A program made the translations under genes and the position numbers. From assembly GCA_965208905.1 (NCBI GenBank), contig OZ242365.1:320001-384000 (forward strand): a stretch of 64,000 bases of DNA, given 5' to 3'. A model generated the notes under the pieces. That model made no database searches. It saw only the letters and a list, made by a program, of their open reading frames with translations, and was not told the DNA's origin. The DNA comes from Nitrosopumilaceae archaeon. Lineage in GTDB: Archaea > Thermoproteota > Nitrososphaeria > Nitrososphaerales > Nitrosopumilaceae. Below are positions 9,388 to 19,643 of this stretch, one piece after another (position 1 is the stretch's first letter; every line of letters starts with the position of its first letter).

Positions 9388-10981
9388 ATAATTTCTTTTT
9401 GGAGTCGTGTCTATGATATGAACTATGCCTATAAGTAGCGGGGTTCCTCCCGCAAAGTCGGGTGATTACACCCCCCGCCATGCGGGATAGCCTGTCAGCC
9501 CAGTTGCTCCAGCAACCCTGTATGAGTGGTGTGGGATCGAGGATTACATCCACACCACGACGGACTTCGCCCAGACTGGCCGAAACCTTACGACCATATC
9601 GGGATACGGCGCTTGTTCGCCGTATGTTCTCCACTGCGTTGACGTCGCGATCTACGCCAACCGTATGGCAGCGGGTGCAGTCTTTTTTATGATAAGCTCC
9701 AGTTAGTGGGGTTCTACATGCAGCACATAGCTTGGATGTGTTGTGTGGACGCATATGTAATGCCTCTACTCCCAAAAATTGGGACTTTTCATAAATTAAA
9801 TTCGATGCTTTTCGCATCATGGCAGAATGTAACCTGCGACGCATATTATGGCCAAACTTCCCATTCTTCTGCCAACCATACGATATATGGGTTAAATCCT
9901 CCAACATCACCAAGCACCCGGATTGTGCGGCCCACTGTGCTATACATAACGCTATCACATTCAGCACATGTTCGTGGTGGCGCATGGCTTTGGCCACCCT
10001 GCGCTTTTTAGCATTCTTCCTTGATTTTGTGTGGTTATGTGGTATGCTCAATATGCATCTGCTCATCTGCTTCTTTATCTCGGCGGCCCTCTTGTGTTTG
10101 CCCTCCCTCTTGAGTTTATTGTATCTGCGTTTGAGTTTGCTGTGTAACTTGTGACCACCATGTGTGACTTGTTGCTTTTCTCTGCGCTCCTCCTCTTTCT
10201 TGTGTACAACACACCTTCCGGTACGTGCCGCATATGCGATATTATCATGTGTACGGGTATACGTATTGTTTACATCCTCAGTCTTTGCCCCCTCAATGGC
10301 CTGTATCGTGTATGATAGATCAAACTGTACCATTGTATCTTTATCACCTACGGTGATGTTCTTTTCATTAATATCCACGCCAATTACATCCTTTGGTGTA
10401 CCGCCCACACAGCCCACATCCGTAAGTAGTTCGATAATCTCTGACTTGCCGTGTGGGTGGGATTTTTCAACCTTGGGCACTTTGTTGTAATATGTAATGG
10501 TATATGTGGTTGGCGTGATCCACAACTCTCCCAACTCATTTTGCCCTATTTTACGTACCACATCTGAAGAGACGGGAATTGCTATCATATGTGGGTGTTT
10601 TGATGAGCCAACATTTGCAATAGCCATATATCCACCCGCTATCGGATTCAGCCTCCAATCTTGGTTTTTCAACTTTACAACCGGATTACGAAATATAGGT
10701 TCAGACACCTTCGTGCCCTGCGCAGCCTTTGTATTGTACGTTTTATGGGCGGCAACCCCGTCCCGTATGGCGGTCTGCGTTATGGACGAATATACTTTGG
10801 GGTCAGGGCCGCGCATTATATGATATATTAATGCGTTAACACCATAGGTATTCTTCCCCGTGTTATCTGCTATAATGTACGCCACTTCTGCCACCTTCCT
10901 GACATGTTCAAACACATGTCGCATGCCCAAATTTTTTGTGTATGGACGTGTTACTGCCCTGCTATTTTTGACTAGAGCCAT
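9317..10981 (-). CDS. tnpB: Large TnpB-like RNA-guided endonuclease (about 554 aa)
   Basis: RuvC IGVDINEKN / VMLEDLT / DRDVNAVENI, Zn finger CAAC...CTRC, TATA TTAAATAC about 22 bp upstream. ORF reads through the right TIR. Confidence 0.85.
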   Translation of the reverse strand: MALVKNSRAVTRPYTKNLGMRHVFEHVRKVAEVAYIIADNTGKNTYGVNALIYHIMRGPDPKVYSSITQTAIRDGVAAHKTYNTKAAQGTKVSEPIFRNPVVKLKNQDWRLNPIAGGYMAIANVGSSKHPHMIAIPVSSDVVRKIGQNELGELWITPTTYTITYYNKVPKVEKSHPHGKSEIIELLTDVGCVGGTPKDVIGVDINEKNITVGDKDTMVQFDLSYTIQAIEGAKTEDVNNTYTRTHDNIAYAARTGRCVVHKKEEERREKQQVTHGGHKLHSKLKRRYNKLKREGKHKRAAEIKKQMSRCILSIPHNHTKSRKNAKKRRVAKAMRHHEHVLNVIALCIAQWAAQSGCLVMLEDLTHISYGWQKNGKFGHNMRRRLHSAMMRKASNLIYEKSQFLGVEALHMRPHNTSKLCAACRTPLTGAYHKKDCTRCHTVGVDRDVNAVENIRRTSAVSRYGRKVSASLGEVRRGVDVILDPTPLIQGCWSNWADRLSRMAGGVITRLCGRNPATYRHSSYHRHDSKKKLCGGCSHVHDGNKIVCGCIYITTR

Positions 10982-11057
10982 CACATAGTACGGTTCAATA
11001 ACGTATTTAACACTATCCAACACACATCAACTATCACCCGACTTTGCGGGAGGAATC
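9442..11057 (-). mobile_element. TnpB element A: non-autonomous element with 25-bp TIR and 8-bp TSD
   Basis: TIR GGTTCCTCCCGCAAAGTCGGGTGAT at 9442-9466 and its inverse (1 mismatch) at 11033-11057. TSD AGTAGCGG at 9434-9441 and 11058-11065. Confidence 0.9.
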
Positions 11058-11098
11058 AGTAGCGGTAAGGCTTTTATGGATTGTAAAAACCGCATATT

Positions 11099-11410
11099 AT
11101 GATGCCCAGTTGCCCTGAATGCACTGCCACCGAGAAGAAGAAGGTTCAAGCTAGATACGAAGCTAGTGTTCCCGAGGAGGATCGCCGACGTGATGATTTG
11201 TACAAACTCTTTGATGCCATAGACTTTCCCATGAAGGCGGATCCAAGCACTAAGCACTTTATCTGTAAACGATGTGGATTATACGCTACCAGAGAGCAAG
11301 TCTCCGATATACGAGCCAGACTGAACCGTCGGGTAAAGACCCGTCAGGACATACAGGATGATTATTTAGACTGGTGGCAAAAGAGCAAAAAAGACAAAAA
11401 TTTAGCTTGA
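11099..11410 (+). CDS. Conserved thaumarchaeal Zn-finger hypothetical protein
   Basis: CPEC...CKRCG, DYLDWWQ tail. Confidence 0.75.
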   Translation: MMPSCPECTATEKKKVQARYEASVPEEDRRRDDLYKLFDAIDFPMKADPSTKHFICKRCGLYATREQVSDIRARLNRRVKTRQDIQDDYLDWWQKSKKDKNLA

Positions 11411-11412
11411 TA

Positions 11413-12177
11413 TTATTTATTAATTGATTTTCTAAAGACTTTAGCTATTATACTATCTGTTAGAAACGGTATTGCGTGTTTTATTATTACGCCGGCCCTG
11501 GCTATAGTGGGAACCGTTATCTCTGCCCGGGGAGAGTTTGAAGCTCGCAGTATGGCTTTGGCAACTGATTGTGGACTTAAAGCATATCCGGATTTGTCTA
11601 CAAATCCGGTGCGCACCATTATGGGACTGACCACCGTCACACCTATACCGCTTTCTAATAATTCATGTCGCAGTCCCTCTGAAAATCCCAGCATTGCAGA
11701 TTTTGATGCGCAGTATGCAGATATCATGGGAAGTCCAAAACTGGCGGCTAGTGATGCCACATTGACTATGTGCCCACTCCCCCTTTGCACCATATGTGGT
11801 AAAAGACCCTTTGTCATGTATACCATACCAAAATAATTTGTATTCATTATTTGTTTTATTTTAGAAATATCTGTATTTATGACAGTATCAATCTCTATTA
11901 TGCCTGCATTATTTACCAATATGTCGGGGCAGCCTATCTGGTCCAGTACGCGTTTTATAGTCTGGTTTACCTGTTGTTGATCTGTTACATCACATTTTAT
12001 TATAGTTATTTGGCCATTATCTTTTTTTATTTTTTTGTATAACGACTCTAAGAGATCTTCTCTTCGTGCTATGGCGATTACATGGGCCTTTTTATTGGCA
12101 AAGAGCAAGCTCGTTTCCCATCCTATACCTGAAGATGCACCGGTTACAAGGACTATTTTGTCATCAAATTTGGCCAT
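11413..12177 (-). CDS. Short-chain dehydrogenase/reductase
   Basis: TGASSGIG, NNAG, YCASK. Confidence 0.92.
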   Translation of the reverse strand: MAKFDDKIVLVTGASSGIGWETSLLFANKKAHVIAIARREDLLESLYKKIKKDNGQITIIKCDVTDQQQVNQTIKRVLDQIGCPDILVNNAGIIEIDTVINTDISKIKQIMNTNYFGMVYMTKGLLPHMVQRGSGHIVNVASLAASFGLPMISAYCASKSAMLGFSEGLRHELLESGIGVTVVSPIMVRTGFVDKSGYALSPQSVAKAILRASNSPRAEITVPTIARAGVIIKHAIPFLTDSIIAKVFRKSINK

Positions 12178-12239
12178 GTATCATATTGTCGCATATGGGT
12201 TATTTTGATTTTTTTATCACATGCATGAGATATAGACTA

Positions 12240-12390
12240 TGGCAATCAATTCGACACTAATCGTGGAGTAATTCTTCTTTCCATAGAAACATGCCTGAAG
12301 CCTCAGAGATGCGTTGGCATCTTTCTCTTTTTTGCATATTTCACGTATTGTTATATTGGCATGAAGTCGTCACCTTTGGGAAGTCATTTG
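12240..12390 (-). pseudogene. Possible transposase N-terminal HTH remnant (IS630-like)
   Basis: Minus strand translates to EICKKEKDANASLRLQACFYGKKNYS, which resembles KEKDxxxxxRLxA N-termini of IS630-type proteins; interrupted. Confidence 0.3.
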
Positions 12391-12564
12391 TTATTTATCA
12401 TAAAATTAGTAGTTCACACCGGTACTGTATATAGTAGGTTTTTATGCGAATTTAAATTATGACTTTGTAAGAACTTCAATCATGGCCACCATACAGTAGT
12501 GTTGATGTAAAAGTGAATTTTTATTAAGTATTTATTTTTATTTTTTAAAAAAATAAGTTATTTC

Positions 12565-13332
12565 CTAAATTACCAAAGAAAGAATGTTAGACGTAAACTC
12601 TCCAATATTGGTAGTATACAAGACAATGATACCCATCACCATGCTAAATACTCCTGCCGCATACCTAAAGAGTAATCGTACCCTCTTATGACGGCCTGCC
12701 AATACCAAAGGAATACCCAATAGACCACCCACCAGAGACATTCCAATTGTGGCACCTAAACCAAAGACAAGTGTGAATGCCAGTACAATGTCAGGCCCTT
12801 CCAGTGTAGCGGCAGTCAAGACTATAACGCCTCCACTTCCGGCTAGACCATGCACAAGTCCTATTATGTATGACTTGTGGGTATGGTGGTGTATTCCATT
12901 ATTATGCTCATGTTCGTGGGAATGAACTATTCCATTATTATGCCTGTGAAGGTGCTTGTGAGCAAATTCTAAAGGTGTCTTACCAAACACTACAGTTACA
13001 CCCAATATTAACAGTATCACACCCACCAGTATCTCTAGTCCAGAAAACATCCAACCTTGAATTAGTGATGCGGCCACATAAGCCAGTATTGAAAACAGTG
13101 CCAAAGTTGTGGCATGACCTGCTCCCCATACTGCACCCAGTATGGAGAAGCGTTGCATACTCTCTCGAATTCTTGTTCGTCGTGATTTGTCGACATGTTC
13201 TGCTCTAGCACTTAGGGCGCTCACTGTGGCAATATGATCTGGTTCCAGCGCATGCTGTAAACCCAAAATCAAACCCAGTCCCAATGCAAATGCAGGTGTA
13301 AGCATACCCACATCTGGAGATACATCCACCAT
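12565..13332 (-). CDS. HoxN/HupN/NixA/UreH-type nickel/cobalt transporter
   Basis: HALEPDH, His-rich loop HKHLHRH...HSHEHEH...HHHTH, GLVHGLAGSG. Confidence 0.88.
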   Translation of the reverse strand: MVDVSPDVGMLTPAFALGLGLILGLQHALEPDHIATVSALSARAEHVDKSRRTRIRESMQRFSILGAVWGAGHATTLALFSILAYVAASLIQGWMFSGLEILVGVILLILGVTVVFGKTPLEFAHKHLHRHNNGIVHSHEHEHNNGIHHHTHKSYIIGLVHGLAGSGGVIVLTAATLEGPDIVLAFTLVFGLGATIGMSLVGGLLGIPLVLAGRHKRVRLLFRYAAGVFSMVMGIIVLYTTNIGEFTSNILSLVI

Positions 13333-13789
13333 GTATGGTGTGTAGCATAGTATATTAAATTTGTAGGAATAAATTAACAGTGCGTGTGGTTGAACGGGAT
13401 AATAGTGGCAAAGTCATCAGAAATTTAGTGGCCAAGACTGGTAGGAGTATTGAACCTCAATTGTGTGTGCGCACCGACTATATCAGAACAACGCCGTATG
13501 GGCCATGTCGTGATGTTATATCACTAAAATTATAACACGTTATGGGAGGAAAACCAGCATGAGTGATACCCGTCAGATAATATAGGCACTGCGCATCTTT
13601 AAAGGCGTTACAACAATACAAACCATATGGACAAGCAGTACGCCATGGCAGTCATATTGATACTAATCGGCTAGGACTGACTCAGATTGGTGGCGGGCAG
13701 GCGATATTTCTTTTTGGTCTGGGTATTAGTGTTGTCATTATGGCTATAGTGTGAATTGTGGTCATCATAATCAAGGATATACGGCGTAA

Positions 13790-14050
13790 CTAGTAGTGAT
13801 GCATCTGTTTCTGTTCAATGCCCTCCTGCTCCCAGTAGTTGTGGTTTCTTCCGGGGTCTTTGTGAGTATGAACCTTACCATCAATGTGGGACTGTGTATT
13901 ATCCATTATGTCCTTCATGAATACATCATCGACTCTCAGTATTTGGTTGGCGGCCTCTACAGCAGCCTTTAGGGCCCTGTCTCTTTACTGCGCAAGTATC
14001 CACTATATTGCGTATATGTTTTACACTGTGAGATATTGTATCAATACTCC
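13790..14050 (-). pseudogene. C-terminal fragment of a His-rich thermosome-like chaperonin
   Basis: Reads IVDTCAVKRQ (frameshift) ALKAAVEAANQILRVDDVFM...SHIDGKVHTHKDPGRNHNY...MHHY*; the ILRVDD motif is typical of group II chaperonin C-termini. Confidence 0.65.
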
Positions 14051-14108
14051 ATCTACCACAAGTAATGATAGGCAGGTTCAGCCATACCCCACAAGACGCT
14101 AAATTATA

Positions 14109-16631
14109 TCATTTATAGTTTAAAACTAGTTCACGTATATCATTCGCAGATATCTCATTATTTAGAGTCAGTGAGAGTATATTTAGCAAAGCATCATTCA
14201 GTTTGGGGTTTGTAAAGAGCATATCCGCATCACTAGTTGATATGTCATCAATACCATCATCTAGTAGCTGCAACATAACTCTTAGAAGCGTTACCCTTTC
14301 AGACTCGGTAAGACCAAGCAGGGCATCGTTGATTGCAGTATGACTACATATACCCGCCACAACATCCGAAGAGTAGACATCCGGTATTATCACATTATTA
14401 GATACGGCAAATAGTAGCAACGTGGCTGGGCATGTAGACTCGCCGGTCGGTATCATTATTTGATCCATACCCGTGGATGGCATCTCGCCTGTATGCACTA
14501 TTTCGCCATCGTGTGTCAAAAAGTAGCGCAGTGTATCAGTACCCATTGAGTCTACATTTATGATGAGGGATTCATTTGAGGATGCAGCATCAAACTCAAC
14601 ACTAGTTACATGTGGATATGTAGGTTCAACGAAATGAGACCACATTCCGACTTTATACGGATAAGAGTCATCTCTGAACTCCCGTATTAGGGCTATACCA
14701 TCTTTATCATTGTATGATGAAAGATAAAATGATCCATGACCAATCTCGGCGTGGCCGTGTTGGTCTATCCACTTTATGCTGGCCAAATACCTATCAGTGT
14801 AATACGAGTTGTCCAGGCCGGCTATGGCTTTTGGAGCTATGGCATAATTTGCGAAATGTTCTAGGTATGCACGAATTAGGATAACATCATCACTATCAAT
14901 CACAGACAACCATGGGACACTCTTGCTGGTGGACTCGGTCGACGAAAATGCTCCCTTATCATCTTTAACAATCTGCTCCATTGCAAAGAATATCTCCCAT
15001 GGTGTGCTTGTCCATCGTGTGGCCGTGGTTCCAATCTCATCTTCATCAAAGTGCCAATAGTTGACATACACCTCTAGTGTGTCATCATCTAGTTGGCGAA
15101 CTGCTACAAAGGTGTCTTCAAGGAACGGTCCTACTGTAGTCGTATACTCAGAGTCTTTTGTATTGTCTGAGACTCCAGTGTTAGTACCCCATTCATACAT
15201 AAAGTAAACACCAAAGAGTATGTCCCGCATGTCAATGGTAGGGCCATGATGCCAATCACTGAAGGTGTAATCCATCGTTACAACACTAATAGCAGTGGTA
15301 CCAGAGCCTACAGGGGTCCATTTTTGTATGTATGAATTCCAAGTTATGGCATCAGAGGGCACTTCCAAGGTGCCATCAGGGCCAGCAGTGTCAACTGAGC
15401 GTTCTACTCTCACTGGGATTATACCACCAGTATATGGATGTGAGATTGCTGCAGAGTCTGAGAGAGGGTTGACTATATGGCGACTGTACACATCACCGTA
15501 TCCGGCCACAGGGTTCCAGGATGACTGGCCAAGATGTTTCATGCCAACTCGGAGTACAACATCACCTGTCTGAACATTGTTTAAAGTGAGAGGGTTGGTT
15601 ATGCCGCCACTTACAGAGTTTATCACACCTTTAACATTATTGTTCACTACAAATGTGTCATATGGTGCAGCCACAAATACGCGCACTGCCTCCTGTACGC
15701 CCAAAGTTAGAGCCTCGCGGAGCAGTTGTGTACGTTCATCCTCGTCTTCATATTCACCATTATACACTGTACGGGTGATTCTATCGAGTTTGTCGTTCTC
15801 ATATGACCAAAATTCAGGGTTCTGAGCGCCAGGCATATTGGTACGCCATGGTGCATAGAATACTGCCAAACTACTATCATCATACTTGTTAAAACTGCCT
15901 CCCCAACCTTCCGTATATACATGCCAGCCTAAATCTGCGGGATTAGAGCCATATACCACCTCGTATGCCAGTGCCAGGTTCCCATACATTCTCTCCACTA
16001 CAAACCCCATATTCTCAAGATTAGAGGCTAGTGTGTTCCCAATGGAGTGTCGTATCGGGTCATCATCCCGGATAAATAACTTTAGTGTGACAGGTTTGTC
16101 ATCCATCATCCAGACATCTTTCTTCATGGTGGCGCCAGCTTCGGTCATGGCGGCATCAATCATTGTCTTGGCGGCGGCTAGATTGTACTGTATACCAAAG
16201 GATGCAATCGGCTCTAACATTCTGGTGTAGTCAGGATCAAATGGTGCATAGGGGGATATAATAGCGGAGCCGTACCCATCCAGTAGTTGGGATACAATAT
16301 CTTCTCTGTCTATCATGTAATTTATGGCAGACCGTATCTTTGTAATGCTAAATGGATTAAATTCATCAGTAGGTGCTGGATTCAACAGTATGCTAAGGGT
16401 ACCTCCAGCTGGGTTTGTGTATACATCAAGGTTGTCAAATCCTTCCAAGAGATGCGCAGGTACATTATGATAGTACATATCTAATAGGCCATCATCAACC
16501 AGTTCCAGGGCATGCTCGGCACTGTCCACACGATAGAACAGTACAGAGTCAACGTAGGGAAGGGCTGCAGCTGATGATACTGTCGATACTACGCATAATA
16601 GAGCAGTCAGTACTAAGATCTGCGTATTCAC
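14109..16631 (-). CDS. ABC transporter peptide/nickel substrate-binding protein (family 5) with C-terminal extension
   Basis: Signal peptide; NPFSITKIRSAINYMIDR and WHHG..IDMRD motifs. Confidence 0.85.
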   Translation of the reverse strand: MNTQILVLTALLCVVSTVSSAAALPYVDSVLFYRVDSAEHALELVDDGLLDMYYHNVPAHLLEGFDNLDVYTNPAGGTLSILLNPAPTDEFNPFSITKIRSAINYMIDREDIVSQLLDGYGSAIISPYAPFDPDYTRMLEPIASFGIQYNLAAAKTMIDAAMTEAGATMKKDVWMMDDKPVTLKLFIRDDDPIRHSIGNTLASNLENMGFVVERMYGNLALAYEVVYGSNPADLGWHVYTEGWGGSFNKYDDSSLAVFYAPWRTNMPGAQNPEFWSYENDKLDRITRTVYNGEYEDEDERTQLLREALTLGVQEAVRVFVAAPYDTFVVNNNVKGVINSVSGGITNPLTLNNVQTGDVVLRVGMKHLGQSSWNPVAGYGDVYSRHIVNPLSDSAAISHPYTGGIIPVRVERSVDTAGPDGTLEVPSDAITWNSYIQKWTPVGSGTTAISVVTMDYTFSDWHHGPTIDMRDILFGVYFMYEWGTNTGVSDNTKDSEYTTTVGPFLEDTFVAVRQLDDDTLEVYVNYWHFDEDEIGTTATRWTSTPWEIFFAMEQIVKDDKGAFSSTESTSKSVPWLSVIDSDDVILIRAYLEHFANYAIAPKAIAGLDNSYYTDRYLASIKWIDQHGHAEIGHGSFYLSSYNDKDGIALIREFRDDSYPYKVGMWSHFVEPTYPHVTSVEFDAASSNESLIINVDSMGTDTLRYFLTHDGEIVHTGEMPSTGMDQIMIPTGESTCPATLLLFAVSNNVIIPDVYSSDVVAGICSHTAINDALLGLTESERVTLLRVMLQLLDDGIDDISTSDADMLFTNPKLNDALLNILSLTLNNEISANDIRELVLNYK

Positions 16632-16982
16632 GGTTCTAAATGCATAATTGTATGTTAAAAGCGTTTTGAAGAGTTATATGGGAATCACATGTTTGAGTCC
16701 GAGCGATACTATGATGGTATGGTTCTTGTGCAAACACGGTTGTTTCCCAGCTTGCAACATTACCCATCACGCCAGAGAACGATGGTACATGGAACACCTC
16801 GCTCTTTGGCATGACGTGTAATGTGGTGGGCGCAGTATCAACCGTATTTACGAGAGAACCTAAATTCTGTCAATTGGTAGTCTATCGTCTTATGAAGTGG
16901 GAGACTAAAACATTAGAGCAGATAATACAGGACACTAAAGGTGAATACAGATTATGTTCGGCAACGACATTTCAGACGAGTG

Positions 16983-18440
16983 TCACACATCAAAGTACAG
17001 GTAGAACTCGTGGGGATGGGGCCGTACAGATATCTCCAATTGATCTTGCTTTCCCAACTCTATCAGTCTCTCAATAACATCGTGAGTAAATATTGGATTT
17101 AGAAAGTCACAGTCACTCTCTAGCGAGTCTAGTGCTTCACCCAAAGTAGCTGGTAATGTATCTATACCCCTCTGCCTACGTTCCTTCTTACTCATCTTGA
17201 AGATGTCTTCCTGAACGGGGTCAGCAGGACTTGTCTTCTTTCTGACACCATCCATACCCGCAGCAGTAACTGCTGAAAAGACCAGATACGGATTTGATGA
17301 CGGATCCGGTGCTCTAAACTCCAGCCGTTTCAATTTGGCATGTCTAGAACCCTTGAAGTGTTTTGGTACACGAACTATTGCAGAACGGTTACTTGAACTC
17401 CATGCAATATAGGCAGGAGCTTCATAGCCAGGAACCAGTCGATGATAAGAGTTTGTAGTAGGATTACAGATTGCAGATAGTGCTTTTGCGTGATCCATAA
17501 TGCCCCCACAAAAGTACAAGGCCAACTGGCTTAATTCATCAGGCGCATTCTCATCAAAGAATGCGTTCTCATCACCCTTCCAAAGACTGACGTTGGTGTG
17601 CATACCGCTTCCCGCATCCATGGTTATAGGTTTGGGCATCATCGTGGCCACCTTGTTGAATTTTTGCGCCACGTTTCTGACAATAAACTTGTAGGACTGG
17701 GCCGAGTCGGCGGCATTGGTCAGCTTATCATACATAATATCTATCTCACATTGACCTGCAGTAGCCACTTCATGGTGATGATTATCACATAATATGCCAA
17801 AACTAGAGTTCAGTATGTTGACACACTCATTACGGAAGGGTGTCAATGTGTCTGAAGGAGTGCTAGGATAGTAGCCGCGTTTGAGTCCCATCGGATAGCC
17901 AGTACCCTCCTGATTCCATGGAGCTTCTTGGGATTCTATAGAGTAAGACTGTCCTTTATAGGGTGTCAATACATCCCAATGTATCTTATCAAAGACAAAG
18001 AATTCAACTTCCGGACCCCAAAAGCTCCCGTATCCGGCATCTGTAATGAATTGTTCAGCCTTTTGCGCAATACCTCTAGGATCTCGGGACAGCCTTCCGC
18101 GACCCTCGCCCCAGTATACATCACAGATTAACCGTGCTGTCCTGTTTTCGGTAAGCCAGGGTATTATGGCGTATGTGTTTGGGTCAGGCTTTAGTACAAG
18201 ATCTGAATCCTCTATGCTGGCAAATCCCACTATGGATGAACCGTCCAGCTTTGGTAGACCGTATTTCATCTGCTCTGGAGTAAAGGTCTTTCTGGATATT
18301 GTGGTGTGATGGAAACGGCCAGGTAGGCTGGTAAACTGCATATCAATGAATCTAATCCTGTCCTGTTCTAGCATCTCAAATACTTGTTCTGAAGTGTATG
18401 TGATACGTTTAGGGTCTCCACCGTTGAATCTGTAAGGCAA
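16983..18440 (-). CDS. glnA: Glutamine synthetase type I
   Basis: DGSSI, HHHEVATAGQCEI, GSGMH, NRSA, LEFRAPDP. Confidence 0.97.
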   Translation of the reverse strand: MPYRFNGGDPKRITYTSEQVFEMLEQDRIRFIDMQFTSLPGRFHHTTISRKTFTPEQMKYGLPKLDGSSIVGFASIEDSDLVLKPDPNTYAIIPWLTENRTARLICDVYWGEGRGRLSRDPRGIAQKAEQFITDAGYGSFWGPEVEFFVFDKIHWDVLTPYKGQSYSIESQEAPWNQEGTGYPMGLKRGYYPSTPSDTLTPFRNECVNILNSSFGILCDNHHHEVATAGQCEIDIMYDKLTNAADSAQSYKFIVRNVAQKFNKVATMMPKPITMDAGSGMHTNVSLWKGDENAFFDENAPDELSQLALYFCGGIMDHAKALSAICNPTTNSYHRLVPGYEAPAYIAWSSSNRSAIVRVPKHFKGSRHAKLKRLEFRAPDPSSNPYLVFSAVTAAGMDGVRKKTSPADPVQEDIFKMSKKERRQRGIDTLPATLGEALDSLESDCDFLNPIFTHDVIERLIELGKQDQLEISVRPHPHEFYLYFDV

Positions 18441-18487
18441 TTATTAATTCAGTTATATAGAACCGTGATTTAAGCTTTAAGAACAAC

Positions 18488-19036
18488 ATGGGAGATATTA
18501 CTGTAAACCAACTGCACGGAATTGTCTTGCGTGAATCGGAGAGTGATGCCATATTAGAGATAGATGCCAATACATATCAGAGTATATCAGAGCTTTTGAG
18601 TCGTCTACGAAGACAAGCCTTTGATGGTATGGAGAATGATCTACGAGACAGTCTGGTGAATGCAATGTCTGATCTAAGTGGAATGTTGTTGCGCATGCGA
18701 TTGGAGAAAGCCTCTAAATCTGCTAATGTAGACACCAACAATTTGGTGGACGAGGAGAGATACATTCTGGATGCTTATGAGGAACAACAAGAGAGATTGG
18801 CCTTGGTAGCCGCAGCAACATCCAAGGGGAAGACGCAGTTGCTGAAATATGTTTCAGATAGATATAGAAGTAGAATGATCACGGTGAGACTTCTCAAAGA
18901 TGTTGATACATTGACCGGATCAGACTATGAGTCTTATGGTCCCTTTGAGGCAGAAGATGTTGCGACCATTCCATATGTCAACGCGCGAGCATTGATGTCG
19001 CAGGGCAGCGCCACTCGTATCAGATGGACGGGTTGA
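18488..19036 (+). CDS. GINS complex subunit (Gins51-like)
   Basis: Helical A domain with EERYI; C-terminal YGPFEAEDVATIPYVNARAL B domain. Confidence 0.8.
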   Translation: MGDITVNQLHGIVLRESESDAILEIDANTYQSISELLSRLRRQAFDGMENDLRDSLVNAMSDLSGMLLRMRLEKASKSANVDTNNLVDEERYILDAYEEQQERLALVAAATSKGKTQLLKYVSDRYRSRMITVRLLKDVDTLTGSDYESYGPFEAEDVATIPYVNARALMSQGSATRIRWTG

Positions 19037-19104
19037 ATTAGTACAGCTCGTCTGTCTTGTCACACCCATGGATTAAATAAATGAGGCACATCTACTGAAG
19101 CGTA

Positions 19105-19389
19105 GTGTCTCATACGGGTGTGGATGTAATAGATTTTCTATACTATACAATATATCCCGTACTAGGTATATTCGTGGTAGAAGGAATCAGCCGTCTGGCA
19201 CGAATACCAAAGTGGATAAAGTTGTGGGCACAAGCAGGGGTCTCCATGGGGTTTGGTATATATTATTGGTTCATACTGCCAGCCCCCCAAAACTTTCCAC
19301 TGACAGGTCTTGTATTACTCGCTTTAGCTGCAGCCCTCATATATCAGGGTAAGCGCGCCCGCATCTCTCCAGACAAGAGTCCATACTAA
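19105..19389 (+). CDS. Small conserved membrane protein
   Basis: 94 aa, three TM segments. Confidence 0.7.
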   Translation: MSHTGVDVIDFLYYTIYPVLGIFVVEGISRLARIPKWIKLWAQAGVSMGFGIYYWFILPAPQNFPLTGLVLLALAAALIYQGKRARISPDKSPY

Positions 19390-19604
19390 CGTCCCAGAAA
19401 TCGTTTAAAGAAGCCCTTTTTGTCGGTATTACCGTCTCGTATAACCTTCTTTTGACCAAACTTTTTTGCCCGTATGAGTGTAAGTTTTACGCATCGGTGC
19501 TCTTCAGGAAGGCGATGTTCTGGGCAAAAGTAGTCCCCACAGTAGTTACATTGAAACGGCATATCGGTCATCTCTCCACAGTAACAACACCGCTCTTGCA
19601 TCAT
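19386..19604 (-). CDS. AN1-type zinc finger protein
   Basis: CxYC...PFQCNYCGDYFCPEHRLPEEHRC. Confidence 0.88.
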   Translation of the reverse strand: MMQERCCYCGEMTDMPFQCNYCGDYFCPEHRLPEEHRCVKLTLIRAKKFGQKKVIRDGNTDKKGFFKRFLGR

Positions 19605-19643
19605 AATGCAAGAATAGCTCTTCTAACTAATATAGTTTCAAGA

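Noticed and set aside
13380-13560. Possible IS1595 transposase fragment (VVERDNSGKVI) and GGGAGGAAAACC end
   Set aside because: Short, interrupted match that cannot be supported without a search.
16640-16980. Intergenic region with GGGAATCACAT and short ORF pieces
   Set aside because: Too degenerate; no partner TIR, TSD or convincing protein motif.
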